A stretch of 63,658 bases of DNA, the filler included, from Rhabdomonas costata (Eukaryota), in NCBI GenBank assembly GCA_019059605.1. It is 48 parts of 48 records of this genome, joined end to end, with 100 filler letters (N's around TTAATTAATTAA, not from the genome) between each part and the next. Parts side by side here need not be neighbours in the genome. Positions count along the whole stretch, not along the records: positions 38,549 to 39,775 come from JAHMHO010022821.1; positions 39,876 to 41,102 come from JAHMHO010022822.1; positions 41,203 to 42,429 come from JAHMHO010022823.1; positions 42,530 to 43,756 come from JAHMHO010022824.1; positions 43,857 to 45,083 come from JAHMHO010022825.1; positions 45,184 to 46,410 come from JAHMHO010022826.1; positions 46,511 to 47,737 come from JAHMHO010022827.1; positions 47,838 to 49,064 come from JAHMHO010022828.1; 40 more parts are not named here. One strand, written 5' to 3'. Shown piece after piece: positions 39,497-51,713 of the stretch (position 1 is the stretch's first letter; the number at the start of each line of letters is the position of its first letter). Made by a program: the position numbers and the translations under genes. A model generated the notes under the pieces. That model was not told where the DNA came from and did no database searches. It worked only from the letters and a program-made list of their open reading frames with translations.

Positions 39497-39564
39497 TTGT
39501 AGCACATGAAGTGGCCGACTCCCTATTTCATAAGACCAAAGACAGACGCGGTAGTCGTCGGATC
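39497..39564 (-). CDS. Small WD40 exon
   Basis: GSDDYRVCLWSYEIGSRPLHVLQ between AG and GTgcgg. Confidence 0.5.
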
Positions 39565-39875
39565 CTAACCGGCCCACGTCGATTTGATGCCACGAGATGC
39601 CACCTGAACACGCTAACAAATACAGGCAAGATATCCAACCCGCCATGCGCGGATTCCAGCAAGTCAAAGGGTCCTTGCTGCATATTGCTGCAATTGTTTG
39701 ATATCCTGGCAGGAAGAAGTTCTGGGGAATCCAGGCACTTTACCACCAAATATGTCTCAAGACATACCCCCACCCNNNNNNNNNNNNNNNNNNNNNNNNN
39801 NNNNNNNNNNNNNNNNNNNTTAATTAATTAANNNNNNNNNNNNNNNNNNNNNNNNNNNNNNNNNNNNNNNNNNNN

Positions 39876-41102
39876 GGGGGATGGTCCGCTTTGCCCTAGG
39901 AGAAAAGTCGTGGCGACGCTGCGGGAACAGATGTGGGGGTTCCCAAATTCCTATAGCAAAGCGGACCATCCCCTCGATACGGAACCTGTCCTGCCCCAGC
40001 ATCGGAACAGTGCTGTCCCAAGAGAGGAGGTCGTCTAACCGCAATAGCAGTCGCGGCGGTGCCCGTGACCTGCTTTCTCTCAGCTCTTTGTCAGCGACGC
40101 TCCACGGGCATACAAAACGGAAAGAAGGCTTCATTTGTGGCCTGGCCCCCCTGGAGATGCTCACGGGTTCAGGGGCGATGTCAGAATGCATCAAAGTTAC
40201 CGTTGCGGCCATATTCCCTCTCAGCCTGGCGAACCGGTTTTCCCCACTTCTGGTCGCTCCGAAATTGAAGGGTAAGCAACAACTTGAATCCATGTCTGGA
40301 GCAGCCGAAACCAACGTGCGGCCAATACCGCCGCCACAGGCACGAGGTCCCTTTTCCGGTAAAAGGCCAAGCTGGTTCGGACCAGCGAGTAGGCGTCTGC
40401 CCTCAAGGTCCTCGACGAAATGGAGGTGTGGGCTGCACCCTGTGTCCAAAGCATTTGGTCCACACTCACTGACCTGCGAGGAACCATGAAGATGTTCCCT
40501 CTCTTCGACTCCACCCCTAAGGCAGAGAAAGTTCCCAGCTGGGAGCGTCACAGGCTTGGTGTGTAAACCCGCCAATGAGGCTCGGGCGACCAACGGACCC
40601 ATCCACCTGGAAGTTCCACGAAAGCAAAAATCGCGAAGTCGATTGTCATCTCGCAACGAAAGCAAAAACCACGCGGAGACCGCACTCATCATCCCAGTGT
40701 ATTCCAACATGGTCTCCCCAGCACCCTTCGAATTTGCACTTCGGGTTCCAGCACGAGCATCGATAGGGTTACCAAAGGGGCCAACGCACACGACTTCTTG
40801 AGCTCTTGAGGTCGGAAATCCCTTCAACTCAGACTGCACCGTTGCGTCACATGACGGCTGAAGTCCATGTACCACTGCTGAAGGGCGGGTAATTTCCATC
40901 AAGTTAGAAAACTCACGGAGGATCCGCCACTGCATCACGGGCCGAATAAGCACAGCAGAAAACGCATCAACATCGACCACCACTTTGGCAAGCTTGTCAT
41001 TACTGCCCTGGCGAACGGCGCGTTCGCGGCAGAAGCCATGCCATAGACTTTCAGCAGTGCAGGATAATTTTCCGGTAGCCAAGCCCTGGCCCACCACCCC
41101 AC
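39876..41102 (-). CDS. Uninterrupted ~400-codon reading frame of unknown function
   Basis: The frame is open across essentially the whole contig. No motif recognised. Confidence 0.45.
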
Positions 41103-41280
41103 NNNNNNNNNNNNNNNNNNNNNNNNNNNNNNNNNNNNNNNNNNNNTTAATTAATTAANNNNNNNNNNNNNNNNNNNNNNNNNNNNNNNNNNNNNNNNNN
41201 NNAAAACTTCTAGGGGGATCCCTGGATTATAGCAACAGCGTTTTTTTACTTTTTCTCTCTGTTTTTTTTCCTTTCAAAAG

Positions 41281-42234
41281 ATCCAGCTGCAGCGTCCCAA
41301 CGCGGCAGACCTCCCGAAGTACGAGCAAGCCGTGGAGGCTCTTCTCTCTGCCCGTGCGGACCCCAACCTGGGCGTCTCCGTCACCGACCCCCTATGCAGC
41401 AAAGAGGTGACCTCTCTCTTCCCTGCAGCATCATTAGTTGGAGGAGGAGGAGGAGGAGGAGGAGGAGGATCAGCAACGGACGGGCACTGTGGAAATTCTA
41501 TGTAGCCCCTATATGGTCCTCTGATCTCGGTCTTCGCATGTCTCTGGTCGCCTTTTCTTTCTGGTGCCAGTGTCTTAACTGCTTTCAGAGTCGTACTGCC
41601 GTCAGCGGAATGGTCTCATTATGCTGAGGGCATACGTCCATGTTGAGTTGGGAAGCGCTCGAGTCCGCCTTATTCGCGAATGACATCTCCCCGTGTTAGT
41701 CTCCGTTTGTTGTGTCTTTGCCGACTAACTCGTCCCAAGCTGCCACCACTGCTGCTGAAGGTAATCTCCCCAGCTGTTAGCTATTGAAAACTATGCTATT
41801 ACTAATGCTGCACGCTTTCCTTCATTTTGTGTCTCCCTCTATCTCTGATGAAAAGGATCTGTGTGAGGATGACACTAACTTTTCTTCACACTGGGCAACG
41901 GTTTGCACGGAATACTTCGCCGCGCACACCTAGCGATAGTGAGCACAATGACTTTCTTCACGGTTGGCAAATCCCTTAATGCATTTACCGTTTTGCCCTG
42001 AGGGATTATTTTCGACCCGCAATATACTTGCGCTGCCGACCGGCACCACCACCACGACATACGGGCACCTCGTCGACTTAATATCTGTGCGCACAGAGCG
42101 TGCCCTCGCTGCTTCTGTACGCCGCCAAGGCGGGGCCTCGCCTGCGCCGTGTGGCGAAGGCCCTGCTGCGTGCCGGCGCGGATCCCAATGTCCCGGACTC
42201 TGAGGGACGTACCCCTCTGTACTGGGCGCTCCAG
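41281..42234 (+). CDS. Ankyrin-repeat protein (exons 41281-41406, 42097-42234)
   Basis: AVEALLSARADPNL and VAKALLRAGADPNVPDSEGRTPLYWA. Both exons are phase 0 with AG/GT borders. Confidence 0.9.
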
Positions 42235-42837
42235 GTGTCGGTGTCGTGAAGCCATTTCAAAGTAGGGGTGCAAAGGACTACTAAATCTTTGGTTTTTGTG
42301 GACCATTGATGTTGTGGTTGCTGGGCAAATCTAGTGGAACAGATTTTAGGGCCGGAGACGATGCGTGGCTGGACTGGGACATTTCCTCGTGAAAAGCCGA
42401 CAAAAATCAGTGTACAAAAAAAACCCTTTNNNNNNNNNNNNNNNNNNNNNNNNNNNNNNNNNNNNNNNNNNNNTTAATTAATTAANNNNNNNNNNNNNNN
42501 NNNNNNNNNNNNNNNNNNNNNNNNNNNNNGCAGCTTTACATGCACTTCGATGTTAAATTTAAAGGGCGGATCGTGGGTCACGGCATCACCGCCACGCTCG
42601 TTTCCGCTCGTTTCCGACCCGACTTCACCTATAATGAGCATATAGCTGAACGCACAAAAATACAGCCTACATTTTCAGTGTGCATTCATACTTGTCTCGC
42701 GCGTAACCACTCATTTGTTTTTGGTTTTGGCCACCGACGCCCTGTCTCTGTTTATGAGTTTACATTGCCGGATCATCAGATATCCCCCCGTCCAAAAAAA
42801 AACGTCGCTCCTTCCGAACTCGAGCGAGGCTTGGCAG

Positions 42838-43135
42838 GATCGTGCTCTCCCCATCCGGAGTGGCCGAGCTGGCGCACGCCCTCTCCCTGGGCGCCGGGGA
42901 ACAGCGAAGGAGCGTTCCCATCGGCAGTGACGACACCCTAACCACCACCCTCACCGTGCGGGCCGCGGCGAATGGCAGGGAGGGGGTGGAGCTGGACGTC
43001 GTGAAGTCCTCTGGGCACGGGACGGACAGCCTCACGGTGAGCCTTGGGGAGGTGCAGCGGGAGGCGCTCTCGAGATTTCTGAGGCGTCAGCTCCCCTACC
43101 TCAGCAAATGGAACGTTGCGGTAGACACAGTGTAG
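42838..43135 (+). CDS. Terminal exon of a Whirly-fold-like (Whirly/MRP1-MRP2-like) protein
   Basis: IVLSPSGVAEL...LTVRAAANGREGVELDVVK...SLTVSLGEVQREALSRFLRRQLPYLSKW resembles the Whirly LS..E...L motif and C-terminal LP.L.GW helix. Confidence 0.5.
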
Positions 43136-46100
43136 TGTATTTGCCTTGTATGGGGATCCGTAGCTGTTGGGTTGGGGGAGGAACTCCCTTGGAGGCCTTG
43201 CCAAGCTTTGTGCTGCGACAGTTCGATGACGCTGAGTGCACCTTGATCATTTGCATGCTGTGCAATCCCCGAGGCTGTGGGGTAATTTGGAAACTTGGTG
43301 AGGATCCAGGTTAGGAATGTCAATCGGTCAAGGTCCTGATCCCAAAAGAGGTCATCCCAAGGTGGCTGTTCCAATCGCTCCTTCCCTTTTTTGTCAACGG
43401 AACTGAACCGATTTTGCGTTGCCTTGGGTTGTGCAGGACCAACCTCCCTTCGGGCAACAGCGTTCAGCTAAACCAAGGCGGTCGGGCGAACAAGTTATCG
43501 TCTTGAGCTGAGCATGTGCAATCTGCTTGGTACAAGGACAGCTTTTTTTCGAGCTGCGAGTTACCTTCCCGTGCAAGCCAGATGTCCAGCGCATTCCACA
43601 TTTCCCTTCCCCTCCCATCGCTGAAACGCCGGCGAAAGCAAACGTTTTGGTGTGTGTGACATCGTTCGCCGTTTACTTGAGGGCTTCCTTTCGATGGATG
43701 AATGAATCCGCAGTACGCCCCTTTTTGTACCTAAAAACATGGCTGTGGTGCACAAANNNNNNNNNNNNNNNNNNNNNNNNNNNNNNNNNNNNNNNNNNNN
43801 TTAATTAATTAANNNNNNNNNNNNNNNNNNNNNNNNNNNNNNNNNNNNNNNNNNNNGTGTTGGGCCGACTGGTCAGTCGCCTCGCACCGTCGGCCACGGG
43901 CAGGCGGGCAGAGGGTGTTGTTGGCGTTCCTTTATACTTCCGTACGTTACATTTTTCGTGGCATTCTGACTCGGGAGGGAAAAGGTTTGTTGTATTCGAC
44001 CCCGTTTTGGCTTTTGGTTTTCTGCCTGGATGGGGTTCTTTCTCTGTAAAGGAAACCTGTCTCTCAGTGCTTGCCCTCCCCCCTGCTCCCTGCCCCTACG
44101 AATGGTATATCCTTTGGTTGGCGCTTTGAAACGCGGAAAATGAAGAGAGGGTGGGTTGTTGCTTTTTTGCTTCGTTGGGCATTCGGCTTCGCAAACAGCT
44201 TTGACTGCGCTTGGCTATGGGGGGTGTGATTCGTCTTTTCCTGCGATTTGAATTTGTACGGGAGAGGTGCGTATGAGGTTCGAACCCAAATGCACATCAG
44301 CTCGTTCTCAAAACTGACAGTATGCGTGGCGTTGCTCGTGTTTCTTCACGATTGGGATTGGGGACTTGTGAGTTTCCTAATTTCCTCCGCGTGGACAGAT
44401 TAGATATTTTGCCGAAGCTGCTTCGCGGGCATGTTTTTTTGTTGAACTCAGGAGCTGACCTCTACCCCCCCCCCCGGCTGTTTGTTGTGAAGTCCCAAGA
44501 ATCACAATACCGATATTGCCGGGGCGCCTTCTGATTCCCTTTTCGTCGGGGTTTGGCGACAGTGTCGGGGACAGCTGCAGTGGAGGATACATCCGAGGAA
44601 TTGGGGGGAACGGCATATGCAGCCCCTTGCGTCGCCGAAGAATGTGGAAGCTGCGGAGGAGCCGGAGCCCAAGTGCCGCTTTGCCCCTGCCCCCGCTATC
44701 CTCCCTTGTTCCAGAAATACCGTATGCTCCTGTTTGTTTGGTGGAATGGTCCTCCTGACACGCTGTGCGGACAGGAGGATTCATTGTTCTAGTATTCGAC
44801 TGCTCCCTTGATTTGGTCTTGGCTGACCTATCTGTATTTTTTGGAGAGGTTATGTTTGGAAAGGGGGCCGTCTTCCCCCAGTGAAAGGTGCACGTTGTGT
44901 TTTTGTGAGGGGATGGGGGGGGGGGACTGTTGTTGAGCAATAGTGAGGAATGGCGCTTTTTATTTCCTTCCGTCAGTCGGTCTATCTCCCAGTATTTTCA
45001 GGGTGATATTCATCCTCCCAGTGACGAGTAAACGCGGCTGCATTAAGTTGCTCTCTCCCCACCCACATGGGTACACAAAAACANNNNNNNNNNNNNNNNN
45101 NNNNNNNNNNNNNNNNNNNNNNNNNNNTTAATTAATTAANNNNNNNNNNNNNNNNNNNNNNNNNNNNNNNNNNNNNNNNNNNNCAGTACTGCCACAGCCT
45201 TTCGGCGAGCCCTTCCACCCGCTGTCTGCATTTTCGTTTCCACCTTGCCTTTGGGAGAAGAGCCAGAGAAAGGCTTGGGACTCACATGGACAACTTGCCT
45301 ACCTGAATCCCCCTCTAACACCCCTAAACCACTATTTCCTTTATTTCTGCCCTCTCTAAAGAAGCCTGCGTTCTGGCGGGAAATTTCTGGAATTGCCCGT
45401 TGACGTGGTGAGGACCTTTTGGCGCAGGACACACAAACTGCCTTTAAACCATTGCTCAGGAAGCTTGTTTTGTGGAAGCTGACCATATCGACCCCATTTT
45501 TGCCGCTGGGCAAGGGGGTCAAGTGTCATTTTATCCCTTTTTCACTGACAGGTTAGCCGACTCAAGAGCAAATCCGTCTGAAAAAACCAAACCTATATAA
45601 CGGACCGTAGCACCACCAGGGGCTTTGTTAAACGCATTGTCCGCATCTTTTTTGCGAAACCGAGGGCAGGCGCTGGAATGCCCCCGCCGCCCTTTCCAAG
45701 TATTTATACCCGGTCCTGTTCCGCCGCGCCACCTGCCCCAAGCGTAGCACCGGTGCCCCACAAGAATTGCCTTGGGTGAAACACGTGCCCTGCGCTGAGG
45801 CGCGGCACCCCATTGAAGGGGCGGAGGACCTGTAAAAACGCCCGGGCTGATGGAGGGCGCCGGGATGAGCGGGCGGGATACTGAGAGTAATCGGGGCGGT
45901 CGGCCCTTGGTGGGAATAGCAGCGTCCACGGTCTTTCTGGTGGTAAAGCGGTTGCCTGTTCGGGTATACTTCCTTTTGCCCAACGTTCTGAAATATTTAA
46001 CGTTTATTATTTTGTGGCCGGTTTTGCGGTGAAACGGACATCAATCAGACATGGCGCCGGATGCGAACATGCGACATCCCGGGTTATTTTTTTCAGCCGG

Positions 46101-46514
46101 AGGTAGTGTACGATCCTCACCGCCGGATCGTGTCGATCCGCGTGCCAGGCTGTGAGTGGGAAGTCCTGCGTCCTACATCAACAAAACAAAAGGAATTGCG
46201 TTGGGCAGGAAAAGCTGGAAAGCTTAAGGCAGCAAAGCAGGATTTGGCCGCTGGTATTCGAATGTAAATGCACAATAAGTCGTGGACGGAGTTGGCTTTG
46301 AAAATTAATTTTTGTAAACTTTCAGATTGTTTCAGTTGGCGCGGGAGTTTGGAGTGAAGTGATTACTAAGTGTGATCAATTTTTCGGTGAACCCTCCCCC
46401 CTCCACGTGGNNNNNNNNNNNNNNNNNNNNNNNNNNNNNNNNNNNNNNNNNNNNTTAATTAATTAANNNNNNNNNNNNNNNNNNNNNNNNNNNNNNNNNN
46501 NNNNNNNNNNGGTT

Positions 46515-46571
46515 GTGGACCGGACGGGAACCACCGCGCTGTCCTACGCCACTGAGAAGGGCTTCACAGAG
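46515..46571 (+). CDS. Ankyrin-repeat exon fragment
   Basis: VDRTGTTALSYATEKGFTE followed by a GT donor. Confidence 0.65.
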
Positions 46572-47910
46572 GTTGCTTTTTTTTCTGCTTAAGAAATAGG
46601 CACGAGGCTTCGATTGACGAAATGCAATCAGATCATCCAGGAGATTTTGGAATCTATGGAGCTTTGTTTCGGCTTTTTGGTTCAGCTACAAGTCTGCACG
46701 ACACAGCATCGCCCATAGTCACAACCTAATGAAACAGCAAAGGGAAACCCACGAAGTTGGGAGCTAGAAGACAAATAGACGGGAAAGAAAGGACAAACGC
46801 ACGGGCACTTTGCGCGTTTGTGGTTCACGGGAGGAGCAAGGGAAGGGGGGGTTCGAGTTTCAGCCTCACACCGCTGTCATCTCTGGTGTGTTCATTACAG
46901 ACCTTTGTGTCTGTTCTTAAGCACACGTGCCAACTCGAAGGGACTGACGTCTGAGACATGACATTATTCATCCGTTCACATTTTTATGCGGAAATCCCCC
47001 TGCCTTCGGTCGGGTGAGGTTCGGATGGATGAGTCGGGTCGCTCTCTCACAGGTTGTTGAGGTGCTTCGTGGTGCCGGGGCCGCACCGGGGAAGAGCTAA
47101 ACTGCACGGTGGGTTGAGATCTGATGGTATCTTTTCGTTCTTCCTGCCCTTGCCTCTTTGGTTCGGATTTGTGCACGCGTCCTGGTGACAGCCCTTTCAA
47201 TTTCTCTTCCTTTTCCTCTCCTGCTTCCCCTTCCTTTTCCCTAGTTGCCCGCTCTTGCCCGCTCCGTTGAACAGAACCGTGGACATTGCTGCCTTGTTCC
47301 TTGATGGTATCTGGTCTGTGTGTACCGGTGTAATTGCCCGGTCATCGTCGGAGCCGATACACACTCGTGCACCTCCAAGCCATCGACAGTTTTTCAGGGT
47401 AAGTCCACTGTCGAGCTATGACGCTAGGCGTGCGGCTGACCAACATAACGTAGAAGCAGTAATGTACGTAAACAATAAAAAAAGAATGAGTGCAACTTCT
47501 CTGTTACCTCAACAATTCAGTCTGAGGTTTTGCCAGAACCAGGTTTCAACAAGGAATTTTCTTTTCAGTGCCTTCACCCTTCACCTGTTCACCTGTGTTT
47601 ACGCCGCATTTCGCATGCAAGGTGCAGTTCGCAAGGTGCCACCTTAATCGCCGTTGAGGGCCCCGTCTTCCCACTTGCCAACGGCAATCCTCCTTTCAGT
47701 GGACTTCCCAGTCTTCCCGCCGCGTCCAAACCCCACANNNNNNNNNNNNNNNNNNNNNNNNNNNNNNNNNNNNNNNNNNNNTTAATTAATTAANNNNNNN
47801 NNNNNNNNNNNNNNNNNNNNNNNNNNNNNNNNNNNNNGGGGTGTTTGAATCCTTACTCAACAATAAATGACACGAACAGGCATACGGTGCGTAAAAAGCT
47901 GTCAAGGTAC

Positions 47911-48684
47911 GTGAGGTAGCACTCCGTTGTCACCACCATGCGAAGAGTGCCTCCGCTTCCCCTCAGCGCGCTCACCACGGACAGTGTCAGCACGCTCTGC
48001 CCGTCCCACAGGCTACCCGTCGGGGTCACCGGACCATAACCCACAGCGGAGTTAGCGGAGTTGCTCTGCGCACCTGCCCGGTACCAGCTCTGACCCCCCA
48101 AAATGGCGAAGAGGAAGACAGCAAACTAAATGCAGCAGTTGCTGAAACTTAACATTTTCCAGAGATCTGACGAAATAGGCGGGCTTCTTTTTGAAAGCCA
48201 GCTCACCAGTTGAGCCCCGGGCAGCCATATCATGTAGAAAGCACTGAACCAATAACATAGGCACCAAAAGACCAGATGCACCAGATGCTGATCTCGAAAA
48301 AAAAACTCATGCTTACAAGCAGCGAAAAAGAAAAAGAACCTTCTGCGTGGCATTGTAATGGCTGCACAAGTACGTCACCTCCCCAAACCGCTGCATCCAC
48401 TCGGACTCCGAAGTCAGACCCACGTTGGGATCGCTCGCATTGGTTGCCGGCCATGTGGCGCAGCTGTACCTCGTCCGGTTTCCGCTCCAGGCCCAGAACA
48501 TGGGGCGGGGAGTGGCGCTGAATCCGTTCGTGGTGCCGGACATGAGCGCAAACGATCCCCCGTCACTAAACCCGATGGCAAAAAAGCTAGCACTTGTGGA
48601 GGCGGTGCTGAGCATGGTGAACATCTTCAGCCGCATGTCCTCGTTGGTGGGAACGTCTGAACCCACCAGCCCCCGGACATGCGA
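47911..48684 (-). CDS. Extracellular sensor (Cache-like) exons of a receptor-type protein (48379-48684, 47911-48089)
   Basis: FFAIGFSDGGSFAL...MFWAWSGNRTRYSCATWPAT and SWYRAG...VLTLSVVSALRGSGGTLRMVVTTE. Confidence 0.55.
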
Positions 48685-49685
48685 CTGAAATTGAAGCAAG
48701 ACCTCTTTTAAACTCTTTTAACTCCAGTATCCAACTTCGTCCAACTGCTCTGTATGCGCAGAGCATATAGCGACGGTGGGTGATGCGAAGTGCGACTAAA
48801 AACCCAGGAAGAGTGAACTGAGCCCCACCGCGGGAGCATTGACTCCCACCCGTAAAAATCCAAATGGTCAGCACAAGAAAAGCAACTAGTCTTCTCCAGA
48901 AATGAAAACACAGACTCTAAAAACCAACCCAAAGAAAGCATCTCATAGAAGGTCGCAAAAGCAATACCCCCCAGTTACAAACCCTCACCTATTCCCTATT
49001 CCACCACTGAGCATCATCATTCTGAAGAGCGGAGGTTGCGAAAAAATGCATCCCTGTCGAAAAANNNNNNNNNNNNNNNNNNNNNNNNNNNNNNNNNNNN
49101 NNNNNNNNTTAATTAATTAANNNNNNNNNNNNNNNNNNNNNNNNNNNNNNNNNNNNNNNNNNNNGTGTTGGGTGTTTGGGATGGGGGGGGGTGATGCCGA
49201 CATAGCGTAGTGAGATGCAGATGCCGAGTGTGGAGGCAGCCCTCCGATGGGTGAATGAGGGCTGTCTGGAGACACCAGGGAAAAGGACACGGAGACCGTT
49301 ACCCTCCCGCCATTCTGTTACCACGTGACGACTCCGGACAGGCTGTTTTTCTGCTCCCCTTCTTTTCCTCTTGCTGCCTCTGTCCCGCTTTTCGTTGTTC
49401 GGGGCATTGGACGCTGTGCTTATTAACTAACAATCAGGGATGTTGGGGTTCAGGCGGGCGGTATTTTATCTTCACGAAACGAATAAATAAAGTCCTAATA
49501 TTAAAGAGCACCAAGTTGTTTCTAGTTTAGGTGAGCATAAGGTTTGCCAGGCATCCTTTCAAGCCAAGACTTGCCCTTCCCCTCCTGCAGGCCTATACGC
49601 GTCCTGTTCCGTTCCGTACCGCTTTCGAGCAAATCCTGGGGAAGGGGAGAAGAAAGAGCAACAGAGTGTGGGGGATTGAATGTAG

Positions 49686-50242
49686 ATGGTGGAAGCCGGG
49701 GCAAGCTGGCTCACCGTGCACGGACGGACGGTCTCCCAGCGCTCGACCTCGCGCGTCGACCTGGGGCCCCTGCTCGCTGTGGCTCAGGCCCTGCCCCTCA
49801 CTCCACTGGTGCACAACGGGGACGTCTTCTCGTCAAAGTATGTGAGTGCGGTTGTTTGGGTGGAGAACTTTCCGATCATGGTTGGGTGGGCATTATTGGT
49901 CATGTTTTGCGAGCCTTCCCGTTGCTGTGATGTATGGTATGGTACAGGTTGGTTTTTCTATTTGCCGTGGTTTTCCGTAAAGTTTTAGAGTTGTTTGTTG
50001 TTAAGTAGAGCCATCATCGAACAGCCAGGAAAAGCAGCCGCTTGCAACCACTTGCCGATCACCAAAAAACGAGACATTGACACACTCTTTTAAACGTGGA
50101 CGAAGATTGTCAGTTTTTCGCCCTTTTGTGTCCGCCTGCTTTTTCACCAGTGATGAGAGTTTACTCGGGCCGCTGCGAGAGGCCGGGGTTGGGGCTGTGA
50201 TGGCCGCCCGTGGGCTTCTGGCGAACCCCGCGCTCTTTGCAG
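49686..50242 (+). CDS. tRNA-dihydrouridine synthase (DUS4-like; exons 49686-49837, 50151-50242)
   Basis: EAGASWLTVHGRT...LVHNGDVFS|...AVMAARGLLANPALF, with a phase-2 intron. Confidence 0.9.
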
Positions 50243-50491
50243 GTCTGCGTCAGTGGTGCAATTGTCCCCCTTGAACCTGCCACCACCCGTGGAACACCCG
50301 TGGGGCCCTCCCTACTCTCGCGTCATCAGTCGTGTATGAGAAGAATTGGGCTCTGTCTTGTTTTTTCCGCTGACGGTCGGCAAAAACAACANNNNNNNNN
50401 NNNNNNNNNNNNNNNNNNNNNNNNNNNNNNNNNNNTTAATTAATTAANNNNNNNNNNNNNNNNNNNNNNNNNNNNNNNNNNNNNNNNNNNN

Positions 50492-50522
<31 letters not shown>

Positions 50523-50572
50523 TTTCTTTTTCTTTTTCTTTTTCTTTTTCTTTTTCTTTTTCTTTTTCTTTT
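50492..50572 (+). repeat. (TTTTTC)n microsatellite
   Basis: Directly visible. Confidence 0.95.
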
Positions 50573-51136
50573 GCTGTTCTGGTTTGTTTGCCCTTTTCGG
50601 TTTCTCTCCACCCCTCACGGGTTCTGACCCTAGACCTCGTCCCCACTGACTTCCTGTCGGCCTCCTTTTTCAAGGAACATCGCACACTTCTGGCTAAATT
50701 TTTTGAGTGGGGCCGCACCACGAGAATCGATTCATCAGTTGTGCGAGTCCCGCAATCCTCTTATTCCCGTGTGCCGTCAATAGTGACTGAGAGAGGATGC
50801 CAAAACGAACGACAATGCTGGAGCATTTGCCCATGAGCTGCAATCTTTCTGCTCCACCACCCTACTTTGGTTGGGTGGCGTGAACAGTGTCGGCGTAGTC
50901 GTCGTCTGCAGCGTGTTTTTTCGGTCTCCCAAGGTGAGAAAAGGACAAGCAGCCCCCCCCCCCCGGCATCAAAGCAAATGCGGTCCAGCATGGTGTGTAT
51001 ATTGCAGGGGAGGGGCAGACCCAACCTGACAACCACACATCCACGAAGGCGCAACTCCATAACGGCAAGTTCATGTCCTTCGATCAGTAAGCCAACCGGT
51101 TGGACAAACATGAACGGCCAACCCGAGGACAATCAC

Positions 51137-51713
51137 CTGAGGCATCCACGGCAGTGCCCGCCTCGCTGACGATGTACATGGCCAGGGTCTGGGTTACCCC
51201 CGTGTCACAGGCGTACAGCGTGGCCGCGGTGTTGACCTGTCGATGGGCAGTGCCCAGGAGGTACACCCCAGTCCAAAACCGTCCACTTGGTATAGGGCAG
51301 CACATCCCTCGTTTCCCAAAGCGGCCCCCTCGACCCTCGCACCCCATCCCAACAAAAAAATGTAGCATTACCGGGATGCTCCACGTACCTAAGCAAAACG
51401 ATAATTTCCGACATCCCCCAAAATCGTTTGCTTCCAGACATTTCACTGAATTGCATTTCAACCGACTTCTTCATTGCAGCCACCAGATAAGTCCGTCCAA
51501 CGGAGTGCACATGAGACTGCGAATGTAGGGGTTCCTTCTCACAGTTCCGGCCTCGTGAATACTCCGACCTTTGTCTAGAAACAAAATCCTCACCCACCCA
51601 ATGGACCTGAGTGCGGTTGGTATCCATCAGCTTCACAATCAGCACGCCCGTTGCAAAAGTCATGTTGGAGGGCAGAACAATGCTCAGATTCGCCGCAGCT
51701 GAGGGATCCACCT
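51137..51713 (-). CDS. Probable sensor-domain exons
   Basis: NLSIVLPSNMTFATGVLIVKLMDTNRT and RFWTGVYLLG...LAMYIVSEAGTAVDAS, with sequons and AG/GT borders. Confidence 0.4.
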
